Origin: Anthoceros angustus
Lineage: Eukaryota > Plantae > Anthocerotophyta
Reading direction: 5' to 3'
DNA: 64,000 nucleotides
Assembly: GCA_010909165.1 (NCBI GenBank)
Contig: MU008197.1
Span: 310,001-374,000 of the forward strand
The notes beneath the pieces were generated by a model. The model saw only the letters and a program-made list of their open reading frames with translations. It was not told where the DNA came from and searched no databases. Within the stretch, counting starts at the first letter, position 1; every line of letters starts with the position of its first letter. The position numbers and the translations under genes are program-made. Positions 1 through 11,900 of the stretch are shown piece after piece.

Positions 1-1661
1 CTGGATGGGAACGCTGAGCAACCTGACGGTCCAAAGGTATGAAGCCTTCTCCAAGTTGGTGTGGGGAGATGGAAACTTTCGTTCAGTCTTGTTCCTCTAA
101 TATTATGTCATGCTCGCTGGCAGGGTCTCGGATGTACGGCACACCCTGGCTGCAACATATCGGTCATTCAATGGGAACCTGGATGACCTGCAGGAGATGG
201 AAAGCTTGGTGGACCCTTGATGGATGCAGTCACATGGATTGCTGATTTCTCAGCTTTCAGGCGCTGATGCGTGAAAGCAAGGGATTGGCTGAAAGAGAAG
301 CCAGTGAAAGAGCCCACCTTGCTGCTGATGTCGCCAGGGCGTGCGCAAGTCAGCTATTCTGAACAAGATGTGTCAGCTCACAAGATCGGGGTTTCCAGGT
401 ACTGTTTGCTGCTATCGCTGTGTTGCACATGAGAGTCATATAGCATCAGGAGAGTCATTGGAGCCTTTGGAGGCCAAGCCTTGCCTATCTGAGATCGTAG
501 CTTTTGTCTACCGCAGGAGCACTTGAAAAAAGCAAACTTGGACCTCTGCCTGGAGTCACCCGAAACAGATCAGGCTCCCAGGTCTGGGATATGTCCTTAC
601 CAGCACTTGATATATGTCATCATCTTCCAGCCTGAGGCGAGTGGTGATAGCCTTTGCCTGCTGGCAATTGACATAGGTGGGTAACATGCGTCGTGCCAAG
701 TTGGTAGACATCCAAGCATCTATGCGCTTGACACACCTGGATTGCTGGTACAAAAGATCCGTGATGTTGAGACAAGGTTGAAGCTGTCATTGACTGGTAC
801 AGTCTCCCCACCACCTACAGGCCAGGTGCTATTGTTAGAAACACTTGAAACTCTGTTGGCTGATGTTGCTGCCTGCTCTTCAGGAGCCACAAAAGAGTCC
901 GTGGTAGGAGATGAGCGGATTGCAAGGTACTTGCTCTCGTTACTGAATAATGCGCGTGATGTCTACTCGAGCTGGAAGCTGCATGGTAATGCTGAGCAAC
1001 CTAATGGTCCAGAGGTATGAGGTGTGGGGAGATGGAAACTTTTGTGCATTCCCCTATTATAACATTGTGTCATATATACTCGCAGGCTGTGCCTGACAGG
1101 GTATCAGATGTCCGGCACATCCTGGCTGCCACCTATCGGTCATTCAACGGGAACCTCAAAGATATGCAGGAGATGGAAGGCTTGGTGGACGACCAAATGA
1201 AGGCCTGTTGAAAACGCTCGCTGCGCTGGTAGATGGTGGCTCGCCACGTGTGGCGCAGGAGCTTGTGCAGGTGTACAGAGCAGGTACCTTGGGACGCTAC
1301 ACATGGGATATGGTTCCCGACTGCAGATAAACTTTTGTGCATTCCCCTAATATAACATTGTGACATATATGACTCGCAGGCTGTGCCTGACAGGGTACCA
1401 GATGTCCGGCACACCCTGGCTGCAACATATCGGTCATTCAAAGGGAACCTCTATGATATGCAGGAGATGGAAGGCTTAGTGGACGACCAAATGCAGGCCT
1501 TGTCAGGCCTGTTGAAAATCCTTGCTGAGTTGGTACATGGTGGCTCGCCACGTGTGGCGGAGGAGTTTGTGCAGGTGTACAGGGCAGGTAGCGTGGGACG
1601 CTACACATGGAATATGGTTCCCGTCTGCAGAAAAAGAGGTTTGCACGCACACACTTGCTGA
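1..1661 (+). other. 3' part of an unidentified spliced gene or pseudogene with tandemly repeated exons
   Basis: An intron+exon unit encoding roughly (AVPDR)VxDVRHxLAATYRSFxGNLxDMQEMEGLVD occurs three times (about 60-215, 1030-1325, 1330-1630), each exon preceded by CAG. The upstream exon end GNAEQPxGPx|GTATGA occurs twice (about 1-42 and 980-1020). No family recognised. Confidence 0.35.
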
Positions 1662-1765
1662 ACTGTGAGAATAGGCAGAAGCTTACAAAATGTACACAGG
1701 TTTCTTAGGTTACTACTTGTGGTAACGACTTCTGCAGGGAAGTCGATAGAGGTGGCTGAAGTACA

Positions 1766-4700
1766 TCAAATCACACGGTTGAAGAGAAGCTGGTCAAAGT
1801 GGTGCTGCATCTTGGCTGAGGGGGAGGTCCAGCCGTCGTTGTCTGCGTAGAGGTAATATGCGACAATGGCATTGTGCAAAAAGACGAGTTTGCAGGGTGT
1901 GGGCACAGCCGATGGAGTGAAGACATGTTGCACCAGCTGTTTCATGTTGGATTCCACTATAGCTCGGATGTCGTGGTCCGCTTCCTCCTCGCTCTTCTCC
2001 GGGTACTCTCTCATATGAACGACCATACTGTTCACTTCCGATATCCCCTTCTGTGGCAATTTCAGGATTGGACATGGGACGGGTCATGTATGCTGTGTGA
2101 TGTATCAGACATGTGCAACCTCACCTTGACTACATATTAGCGTACCTGGTACGATCTGAGGTCGTTCAAGAGGCGCGCTACAATTGAGACCTTCATGTGG
2201 AGGTCGTAGTATTCCGAGTTGATGGCCTCCTCGCTCACCCCACACCGGGTATCAAGCCAGGTCCCAAACTGCAGAGCTCCGCGCTGATGCAGATTGCGCC
2301 GACTGGGATGAATTGGTTCCAGGTGGGAATGATGTCTTCCGCTTCCACTTGGCTCGGATGCTCACGCATTCGGCGTAGCGTTGCCACTGCGCGTGGGGGT
2401 AGGTGAGCCAATGCTTGCACAAGCAAGTGAGGATGCACTAGGCTGTTAGGAATGCGGAGAGTAGAGCCTTAAAGTGAAGTCACTCACCGATGCGATCACA
2501 TGCCTACTAACATCGCGGCCCTGCTCCTTGGATGCTTTGTCGGCTATCTCGACGATGGTGTCGAAGATGCCCATGAAAACGATGCGCTGCCTGTGGTTGG
2601 TGTGGTCGATCATGGACGGGTCCCAGCTGCAAAAGGACATAGGTGAGTTGAAGCAAGCAATTGCAGGCAGTGAGAAGGGACAGCTGGTCCGGTCGGCGGG
2701 TGACAGTGGAATTGCTACGAGTGGATGACCGGCTAGCAACGGTACCTTTTCGTGGCAGCCTGGAAACGGTCGAGCTCGTCCTGGGGAACTCCTGACAGGG
2801 TGGTGTAATCGTCGAGTATGGTGGCCAGGAGCATGAGTTGGGTCCTGGCTCTGCGCACCGCAGCCATCTCCGGTTCGAAGGAGGTGGCAGCCGCGCACGG
2901 GAAGCCTGGAATCACCCTGTCGTGGCGAGCAAATGGGAGACGGTCGAAGCGACATTCTGATACCCATCTACGGGTGCACAGAGCGAATTGGAAGCGAAGT
3001 TAAGGCAAGCTTAAGACTTTCCTCTTCAGGCATTGTGGCTATTAGTGAGGATCGGTTGATGGGAAGCTTGAAATGCACGTACTCCTTCAATGATTCCAGC
3101 TCCGCGCGGTACATGGTTTGCAATTTGTTGAAGTCTGCTTTTGCAAGGGTTAGGAATGTTGAATTGCAGACGCCATACATCCTGTACAATTCGGAAAGAG
3201 ATGGATGCAGTTACATGGATGCCCAATTGATTTCTCAGCTGTCAGGAGCTCATCATTGCGTGAAAGCGATGTGAGACGGAAGGTACTCACCTGTAGAGGC
3301 TCTTGGCGATCCACACGTCGCCAGGGCCGTAGTGGTCGATATAAGCCCTGGTCTCAAAGCGAGGCATACTGGCGTACCAGGGCAGCTCAAAGCGTACTCC
3401 AGCTCTCCTCGGAGATCTTTGGACACAACCCACCTGTCCGATAGCTGCGGCTGTCGCTGTTTCTCCCAGATGAAAGCGCGTGTACTCCCAGGCCTTGTCC
3501 AGCAAGTCCTCGTGTGGGAAGCGCATCTCGGACGCGCGGTGCAGATTGAACATGGGGTGACATCGGTGTCCAGGTCGCACCCGTGGTCGACCCAGCACGA
3601 GAAGTGGTCTCCTTGCAGAATGCCTTGAACACATCTGCATCACATGAGTAGTAGGCATACAGTGTCACCACAAGTGCGATAAGCGGGAACAAGCCCAAGG
3701 ATGCAAGTCAAGATACATGCGTGAATGTACAGAGGGCACCTGCAGAGACAGGATAGCCGTGCTGGCGCAGCAAGCGAAATCCCATGCTGGTGTCGTCCAG
3801 GTCGGTGACATTGCAATCGGTGGCCCAGCTCAGGCCCCGTTCCGTCCACCGCTGGAAGGCGAAGTCCAGGATGTCCTTGATCTCGGGCTTGAAGTAGCGC
3901 GCGATTCCCAGTCGCTGCAGCCTGTCCACGATCCACAGCCGCTCGAAGATGTCGACAGGCGAGTGGTTGGGGATAACACCCCCCGTCGTCTCCACCAGCA
4001 GGGTGAGGTACTGCAGCGCCTTGCTGTCGCCGGTGTGCATGTACAAGCAGGCGGTGGAGGCCGGAGAGGTGAGCATGTGGCCCGCCGGCGACTGCAGCCT
4101 CCGGATCTTGTCCCAGTCGATGCCCTCCAGGGCGTCCATCCCTTCCAGCGACGCCAGCAGCGTCGTGGGCTGCGACTCCACCAACTCCACCGGAATCTGC
4201 TTCAGCTTGCGCTCCCGCTCCCGCAGAAGGGTGCTGGTGGCGGGCGCGTCGTACGGCAGATCCAGCCCCAGCGCGCTCGCCCGCTCCAGCATGGCCGGGA
4301 ACACCATCTCGAACCCCGCGGTTCTGTGGATGTGGTTCTCGGAATCCACCTGGTGCATATGCTGCCGGATGAAGGCGCACCCTTTCCGCACGGCATCGGG
4401 ATGCACGCTCCATGTTCGCAGCGCTACCACGCACGCCAGAGTCGCCACCAGGCGATCGTAGACGTTGAAGAGGTACGCGTCGCCCGCCCAGCATCCTTCC
4501 GGCAGCTGCGAACGCACCACCCACTCCAGCGCCTCGGGGAAGTGCGGCCCCGGGACGCCGCCCACCGCCGGCACCATGGCCACCCAGGCCGCGTCGTAGG
4601 GGCTCCCGGAGATGGCCCCGTCCCCGAGTGACCGCAGCATGCTCTGGATGCTTCGGATCGACTCCTGGATCTCCGCATCTTTACCCGGATCATATCGATC

Positions 4701-4994
4701 ATCCGGAAGTGGCACAGCCCGCTCCAGAACCTCCACCCCGGGCACTGCAGCTTGTAAATCCGTGGCCTGAGCTTGCAGCGGCCCGAGTCCATGCGCAGCG
4801 GACGCCTGCACGTGCCAGGCCTCGACATGTGCCGCCGTGGAAGCCTTGCATCCTCTCCTTCTCTTGATCGACTGGACGATATCGATGCTCCCCCCAAGTA
4901 TTTTGGCCACTCCGCGTCGGCGTTGCGGACACCACGTCGAGCTGGTCGGAGAAGCAACTGTAGCTGCTGCTCTTGTGACAGTCGCTGCAGCCAT
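1766..4994 (-). CDS. Tri-domain (gamma-beta-alpha) plant diterpene synthase, CPS/KS-like, with N-terminal plastid transit peptide; several indels in exons 2 and 6
   Basis: GT-AG exons: 4994-3740, 3634-3291, 3181-3083, 2967-2746, 2626-2488, 2386-2146, 2050-1766 (TGA). Motifs: SPYDAAWVA, QLPEGCW, LLASLEG, DIFERLWIVDRLQRLGIARYF, DLDD (DxDD, 3792-3803), LPWYASMPRFETRAYI, VWIAKSLYR, LAKADFN, FEPE, DDYTT, WDPS, QGRDV, RLLNDLRSYQ. The N-terminus from ATG 4994 is Ala/Ser/Thr/Arg-rich. Confidence 0.93.
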
Positions 4995-5101
4995 TTCTGC
5001 CACGTTCAGAGATCTGATGACCTCACTTGAGCAACACAACCGAGTTCACCGAAATGCTTAAAGGACGGGCATTATAGCCTAAAGGACGGGGCATTCTAGG
5101 A

Positions 5102-5122
5102 CTTATATAACATTATATATAG
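5102..5122 (-). promoter_or_regulatory. Probable TATA box of the diterpene synthase gene
   Basis: Minus strand reads CTATATATAATGTTATATAAG about 110-130 bp upstream of ATG 4994. Confidence 0.4.
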
Positions 5123-5430
5123 GTAGCTGATGCCAATCCTGGCCCTGTCTAGACATGTCTACCCAGTCTGCAGCTGAGGCCAACCCTGGCCTGGCCTGGC
5201 TACCTAGTCAAGAGCTAAAGCCGATCCGATCCCCAGATAGTGTGTGTGGATGCTTTGTGCCCCAAAGTCTAGAGGGCACGCAAGGTGCACTTGTACGGTA
5301 CCCTCGCAGATAGAATATTAAATTATTTCTTTAATGCGTAATAGACGCTTTTACGTCCTTGTGGTGTCATGAAACGCTTTTTTTTATTGTGAACGCTTTT
5401 TCGTACCACAAGTCAAGTCACTTTCGCGAA

Positions 5431-5528
5431 TCGTGGTTGGACAATATTAGGTTGTGTCACATTCGACCACTGGTCTGTGTCGTGGTTGGACAATATTAGG
5501 TTGTGTCACATTTGACCACTGGTCTGTG
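5431..5528. repeat. 49-bp tandem duplication
   Basis: tcgtggttggacaatattaggttgtgtcacatt(c/t)gaccactggtctgtg occurs twice in tandem. Confidence 0.85.
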
Positions 5529-6269
5529 CCGGGGTGATGGGCATTGGACAGACTCCTATTTTGGTTTTACATCCACTGCGGGTCGCAAAAACGTGTGGTC
5601 CCAGTGGCATTGCCAGGCATGTCAGAGCGTCGAGAGGCTGGCGACGCCTGACAAGCTCAAGACTGACATGCCTCACCACTCAAAACATGCCATGTTCGCC
5701 GGGGCTAGCGAGTCGCGACGCGAGGCAGCGGGCAAGCAGGCTGGTGAATTTCATGTCTACAGCGCCATCATGGCACTGCAACCGCCGGTCAGTGAAAAGC
5801 GGGCGTCAGATTTGCGGGCCTTAGATTTGTACGAGCATCTGCAGGCACCGTGCGGGTTTAAATAATGAGGGGCCCGGCCCACGCGGCCGGACCTCCGCAC
5901 ATATGTCACATATGTACGTTGGCACGCGGCTGGAGCTCGGCACATAATTTCAGAGAGGCTCGAGCTCCGCATACAGTCCGCCCCCGTTAATTGGGAACTC
6001 TGGGATTCTCTTTAAATGGCTATAAATGGGATTCCTCTCTAAATGGGACCTCCGACCCTACTCCCTTTAGTTTATAGTATAAAAAATGGGACTTTTTCCT
6101 AAATGAATAATTCAAACCTTTTGAAACATACAGTCATGTTAGTTTCACCTCCCTAAATAGGATTTTCGATTTTTTTAATAAAAAAGGAAAAAAGAATCGA
6201 ATAGGCATGAAATAGGTATGAATAGACTTCGTATTCTATCAATATAATATAAGCACATGACGATAGAGA

Positions 6270-6760
6270 ATAAGTTTCACCAAAGCCATCCAATCCATCT
6301 AAGACCTCCCACGCCGGTGTGTCAGCCATTATGCCCATGGACTCATCGCTTCACCGATCCATGTACATAATCGTCTAAGCCTCTAAACATGCGGGCCAGC
6401 CTATCCTTCAGCGGAAAGTGCCACAAAACTGTCCTGGGAGCTCTCCTAGCGCCGTTTGGCAATCCACTGCCCTCGACATATCTGTCTGCAGAACATTTCA
6501 TGCATTCCACATGGTCCGCATATGGGCCCCGAAACAGCATGCAGTCATTTACACAGGCATGAATTTTCTTGAAGTGCGGCCCAAAGGATTACAATGTCTT
6601 TCTAGCCTCTGTTATCGACCTGGGCAGCGAATTGCTCTCAGGTAACAAATGCAGCCAACAACCTGCAATAAATCTGTCATGGCCACGTCAGATATGCCAT
6701 AACATGATTGAATGGAAAGCAAGAGCAGGGTCGCAGTTAAGCGGGACTCTTTTGAGGTGC
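6270..6760 (-). mobile_element. CACTA (En/Spm) transposase fragment
   Basis: Peptides LLLLSIQSCYGISDVAMTDLL, LPESNSLP, CMLFRGPYADHVECMKCSADRY, PRTVLWHFPLKDRLARMF and MADTPAW match the TnpD/Transposase_21 N-terminal region. Frameshifted and truncated. Confidence 0.8.
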
Positions 6761-7984
6761 AAGGTTCTGCGATGGTGAGCAAGGGCATTTCCGCAGCAGC
6801 CCGGGCATATGCCACTACGGCAAGGCGGGTAGGTTTGTAACGCCCACAATCACATTCCGTGTAACGGCTGCGGATGCGTTATTAATTGACTGGTGTGGCG
6901 CCCATTCGGTAGATTAACAACTTACGGTGGTATGGGTTAGGACCATGCGTCCATTGGAAGCAAGCCTACTTGACCCGGATGCGGTATGGGTCGTAACCGG
7001 TTCTTGATATGCAAACGTTTGCGGTATGGTTTTACGACATAATGAGAGAGTTGAGGCAACGCGCTCGGCAATGACGTGCACGGAATCTTTGGGGCTCCGA
7101 GCGCCCGATGAACCCAGTCTAACCCCTCTTCCAGATAGGCAGACTAGGGTCGGAGGAATGGGACACGTGGCAAGGAAGTGTGGGCGTGTCAGTTTGACCG
7201 CACATTCCAAGCACTATCATCGGCCAGTTACATGGGTTTCGAGAAAGGGTTTCGACCTCTCGACCACATCATACCGAGTGCACCGGCCCAACCATAAGGC
7301 CACGCCGGCACGTGGATAACCGAAATGTATGTGCTTCGGATTATGTGCACTGGTACGCTCACGCACAAATCATGGGTTTCGAGACCTGGTCCCCAAAGCT
7401 AGAGTGCACCGGTTTAATCGTAATGGGCACTCCACCAAGACCATATCTCGGAGCGACCTATTTTTCTACCAGCGTGCTTGGACATCGTGAATTCTTGTAG
7501 AAAATTACAAGTGTGGAATGCCCAAGAAGGTCTTTGTTTTCCTGCCAACATTTCCGCACCTCAAATGACCAGCGCGCACCCGTCTGTTGATGAAAATGTT
7601 CTCGAAACAAAGTTGCCGATGCCTAAACTATCTGTATGCATCCAAATGGAATCCACGGCATTTCGAGCCCACACCGACATGCACCAGCCTGAGCCTAGTG
7701 GGTTTTCAAGCATCGCACTCCCACCTGCACCTCCCTTGCCCCCCTCTCTCCCTCACCATCTCGCCTCCCCACCAACCATCCTAATCGCCAAATCAAGCAT
7801 ACCAGATGCCAGGGTTACCATGCGTCGCAACCTTGACTTACAATAAAGTTCTTGGTGACATACGTCTTAGGACAAACTGTCAACCAACAAAGATCTGGGG
7901 CAATTCATCCCATTTAGTTGGACCTGAACTCCGAATCACCAACTGTCACTACTTGCTGTTGTTTGCTGCATATGTCATTCCAAG

Positions 7985-8950
7985 CTACCATCGCGGCCTC
8001 CACATCGATTCCAGGCTAGTACCATGACTTCCTCTGTTTATGCGCCTAATAATTGCCGACAGGACTTCACGCCGTTGCGACCCCGGGTTCTTATTGTGCT
8101 TGTTGCCTGCCCTTTTGGAATAAACAACATTCAAAGTTACACAGCGATGTTTCATTGCACATAACAACACGTTGCAGAAGGAACTTGCCTCAGTCACCCA
8201 CCTTTCTGATCGCCGGCTAATGCTATTCATTAAACAGTCCATATTGACAAGAACGCCCTCCACGTAATTCCTGTCTTGGGCCGCCAAGGAAGAGCCCTTG
8301 ATGTTGAGCCTCCCTTCCAGCCACACTCGAGCATTTCGGAACGCCGCATATGCTCGACAAAGCTGGGTTCGGTCCTATTCAACTTGCTCACCCAAGATCG
8401 AAAGTCATTGACACTCAATGAATCCAATGCCTCGAGAAGCCGGAGCTCGTGCACCCGCTTGTCCAGCTCCATTCTGATTTCCTTTTGAGTAGGTGTCATC
8501 ATCCTAGGCGACACTCGCATTATGGCTTCGTGCAAATGAAGCTTATAGTCCACCGCCGCCCGTATGACACCTTTCACCGCCCACCGCAGTGTGCTATCCC
8601 AAGGCGTTGCATCATGCTCCACTGCTAAGTTCACCAGACGCCGCTCGTTTGACACCCAGCAAACCACCAACCGATTGAGATCCTTCAAGTCTTCTTTACT
8701 TTGTGCAGAGGTGATGCCCTCCAACACCCTGTCTGTTGCCCACGTTCTAGGAATTTGCAAACGCAACCAATTACCAGCCGGTTTTGGTATCGCTACGTGC
8801 GTAACCACGCCTACTGTGTAAACTTCCACCTGCTCACGATCAAACAATCTGTTCAAGCGAGCACTCATGATCAGCGGACAAGGTGGAAGTGGCGCGCACC
8901 GACCAACCGAACTTGGGGGCGTAGGAACGGCCATCGCCTTGTTTGGGGTA
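7985..8950 (-). pseudogene. Unknown protein-coding remnant, truncated at the LTR border; homologous to 41668-41952
   Basis: About 240 open codons (8950-8230) continue in another frame to 7985. They align residue by residue with ORF 41668-41952 (MxARL..F[DE]RE..EV...G...H[VI]AIP.....WL....PRT...DR[VL]L.G). Confidence 0.5.
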
Positions 8951-11900
8951 TGTGGCGCGACTTTCACTGATGGCCAGCCGGGCGCGCACAATCCCGTGTC
9001 GTTGTAGGAAGAAGTCCGTTCCCAAGGGAATGATAGGCTCCGCCACTGCTTCGTGTGATTCCTACGCACTTAGCGCCTGCCCCTCAACACACATACTCCT
9101 AACTACTCACAACGCTCACCGACAGTCTTGTGATGGCTAAACGTTTAGGGACCTGTCACAGTATCGCTCACATCCCACTCACACATCCATTCTTTCCTCT
9201 CTCTCACGCTACACTCCTCATTTTAGAAAAGACGCTGGTTACACCGACCTCCTCCGCTGCTCGCTGGCCTCTCCGTCCGGCTCAGACGCCTCCCGAGTTC
9301 CTCCGGCTCACACGCTGGCCGGGCCGTGCCCGCACGGGTCACCGCCACCCTTCCCGCACACACCACAACACGCTTAGGTCCGTCACTGTGACCCGATCAA
9401 TCTCCCCGAGCTGGCTCGCCTGACTCAGACTCACGTTAGCAAGAAGACACACAAAGGTCTGCAAGAACGCATCAACACCAAGAGAAAGATGATTTATTCT
9501 GTGGCGGCCTTAGCCCTCTTATACTACGCCAAGGTCGGCGCCTTTATTACACCTCTATTCTCGAAATGAGGGCCAGCCGGTGGTACCCCTAACCACCACT
9601 ACCCCCGCCTATTCCACCTATCTGGCGGGCTGGGATGGCCTCATTCCTTCTCAAGTACAAAGCCGACCTCCTCCCGAGGGTCTGCGGCGCACCAACGGAT
9701 CCCCACTCCCGAGTTTGGACCTCGTGGACCGTTCTTGACTCGAGTCCGGACCTCTAGGTCCGTCCCCTCCGGGTCCGGCCTCCGCCCCGGCCTGAGTCCG
9801 GCCTCTGGGACCGGATTGCCTCCGGGTCCGGCCTGACCCAACCTTCCTCGGGTCCGGTCCGACTGTGCCACTAGAGTCCGATCCCTAAGTCCAGATTTCC
9901 TCTGGGGCCGGACTGATCCGCCTTTCTGGAGTCCGGACAAAGTCCGACCTCGCTCCCTCGGGCATGCCTCGCCGGCTAGCCACGGGTTCATCCACGAGCC
10001 TCCCTTGGTTCCCGAATGCCCTTGCCCCTTTCCCTTCCAAGATCCTCCCTCGCCCCTTCCATGCGAGGGTGCCGGGGCTTACCTCCTGTGGCGCCCCTTC
10101 CTCCTCTGCCTCCCGCCGCCTCCTTCGCCGCTGGGCCCTAGGACTTGTGCTGCCCCGGTCCGCCCTCCTCGCCTCCTTCCGTCCCTTCTCGAAGTCCACC
10201 TCCGCCTAGGGTGGCGCAGACCTCCAGAGCCTTGAGGAGCTCAAGGTAGTAGTAAGTCGGAATCGACTTGTGAATCGCCTCCACATGAGCCCGAGCACCC
10301 GACTCTCCTCCAGGTGCTCCGAGCAGATCGCTCGCCCGCCGGCCTGCCTCCGTGGCTGCGCACCGTAGGCGGGCGGACTTGAGGCCGCCAAGGCCGCCTC
10401 ACCTCTTGCAACCTTCGCCGCACGCTCTCCTCCTCCTCTGTTGTTCAGCCCGCCATTATGGCCATGGAGCCGAGCTCCTTCGCTTCTCGCAACCGGACGA
10501 GCAATTGCATTTTCCTCCAAAGTTTCCTCCCTTCTTCTATTCTTCCTGAGGTCCTCCACTTCCTTCTCCAGCGGCCGGTATCCCCGTCCGACTCCTCGGC
10601 TTCCGCCACGCCCCGCCGCAACCTGCGACCGAACTCCTTGCACCGTTATTCTCCTCCGCTTCAAGCGGAGCTGAGGCGCCACCTCTCGCCAAGTCTTGGA
10701 TTCTCGCTGAGAACCCCCGCCTCCGATGCATCTTGAGTTGCAACCCAAGGTGTCCTTGTTGTCCTCCAGCCTCCGCCTCCGCCTCTTCTACCTCCGCACT
10801 GCACTCGAGGTCCCCAATCTCCCGGTGCCGGCCTCCGCCTCACGGCCGACCGCAGCTTGTTCCGGCCTCGGCCTCGATTGGCCGCGCCTCGGCCGCCTCC
10901 ACCGGCCCGATCACGATAGTGATCGCGATCGGCCTCGCCGTGGCCTCCGCCTCCACCTTCACCGAGCCTCTTGGCTCGTCCGCCGGCCGCCTCCGAGATC
11001 CTGCCTCCGCTGCCCAAGGCCCTTCGCTCGCCGCCTCCGCAGAGGTCCTCCGCCTGCTTGGGCCTCTGGCTCTCACTGCTCCTCCACTGAAGGAATTTGG
11101 TCCGTCCTGGATGGACCAGACCTCCTCTCGCCTCCGGCTTCCTCAATCCGCCGAGCTGGGCCTTCCTTCGCCTCCTGGCCTCCAACCGCCTCCCGGAGGA
11201 GCACCATGCGCCCGGTGGCTTCCACCTCCGGCCTTCTCGCCATCCCGCATGACAGCATACCGGCCCATGACGGTAGCTGGACCGCCGTGTTTCCTCCACG
11301 GCCGCCGAGGCTCCCACAAAGTCCGAGGAGCCGCATCTCACGGTCCGTCAAGGACCTCCATACAGCCCGAGTAAGTCCGGACCGGGTTCTCGGACCCAAT
11401 CAGACCCTTAGGTCCCGAGAGCCCCGAGCTTCCTCCTTGGCCCTTTTGGCCGCGAGCTCCGCCGCCTTTTCTCCCTGGGCCCATGAGGTGATGGAGTCCG
11501 GAGCACGCCTTTGCCTTCCCCGCGGCGACAGACGCTCGATGCGCTGCCGCTGTCCTCCGCCCGGGCTGGCCCTTCGCCTCCCATCGCTTCCTCCGCTTGC
11601 CACCCGGCAGGGAAGAGGTACTGCACCGACCGGTGCCGCTGGTAGCCGTGGTCTTGCGCTCGCCTCTCCGGTCCGGCCTCACCGAGTGATGGCCGGCGGG
11701 GCCGGGGCCGGCTGCCGCCGGCTGCTCGGGTTGGGGCACCAAGGAGGAGGCGGGGAATTGCTTCCCATACTTCCGGTGGTGAGGGGTCCGCCCACGTATG
11801 GAGTCCGAATCCCTCCGCCTCCTCCCGAGTCCGCTTTGGTTTTCGACTGCCTCCTCCTCCGGCGCCTTGCCCGCCTCCACTTCCGGAGGCCTCGGGCCCT

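Noticed and set aside
3717-4631. Long plus-strand ORF (304 aa) and other overlapping ORFs
   Set aside because: Antisense or alternative-frame shadows of the GC-rich synthase exon 1.
4995-5039. ORF-track start of the synthase at 5039
   Set aside because: It is a non-ATG codon. The first ATG is at 4994 and begins a transit-peptide-like sequence.
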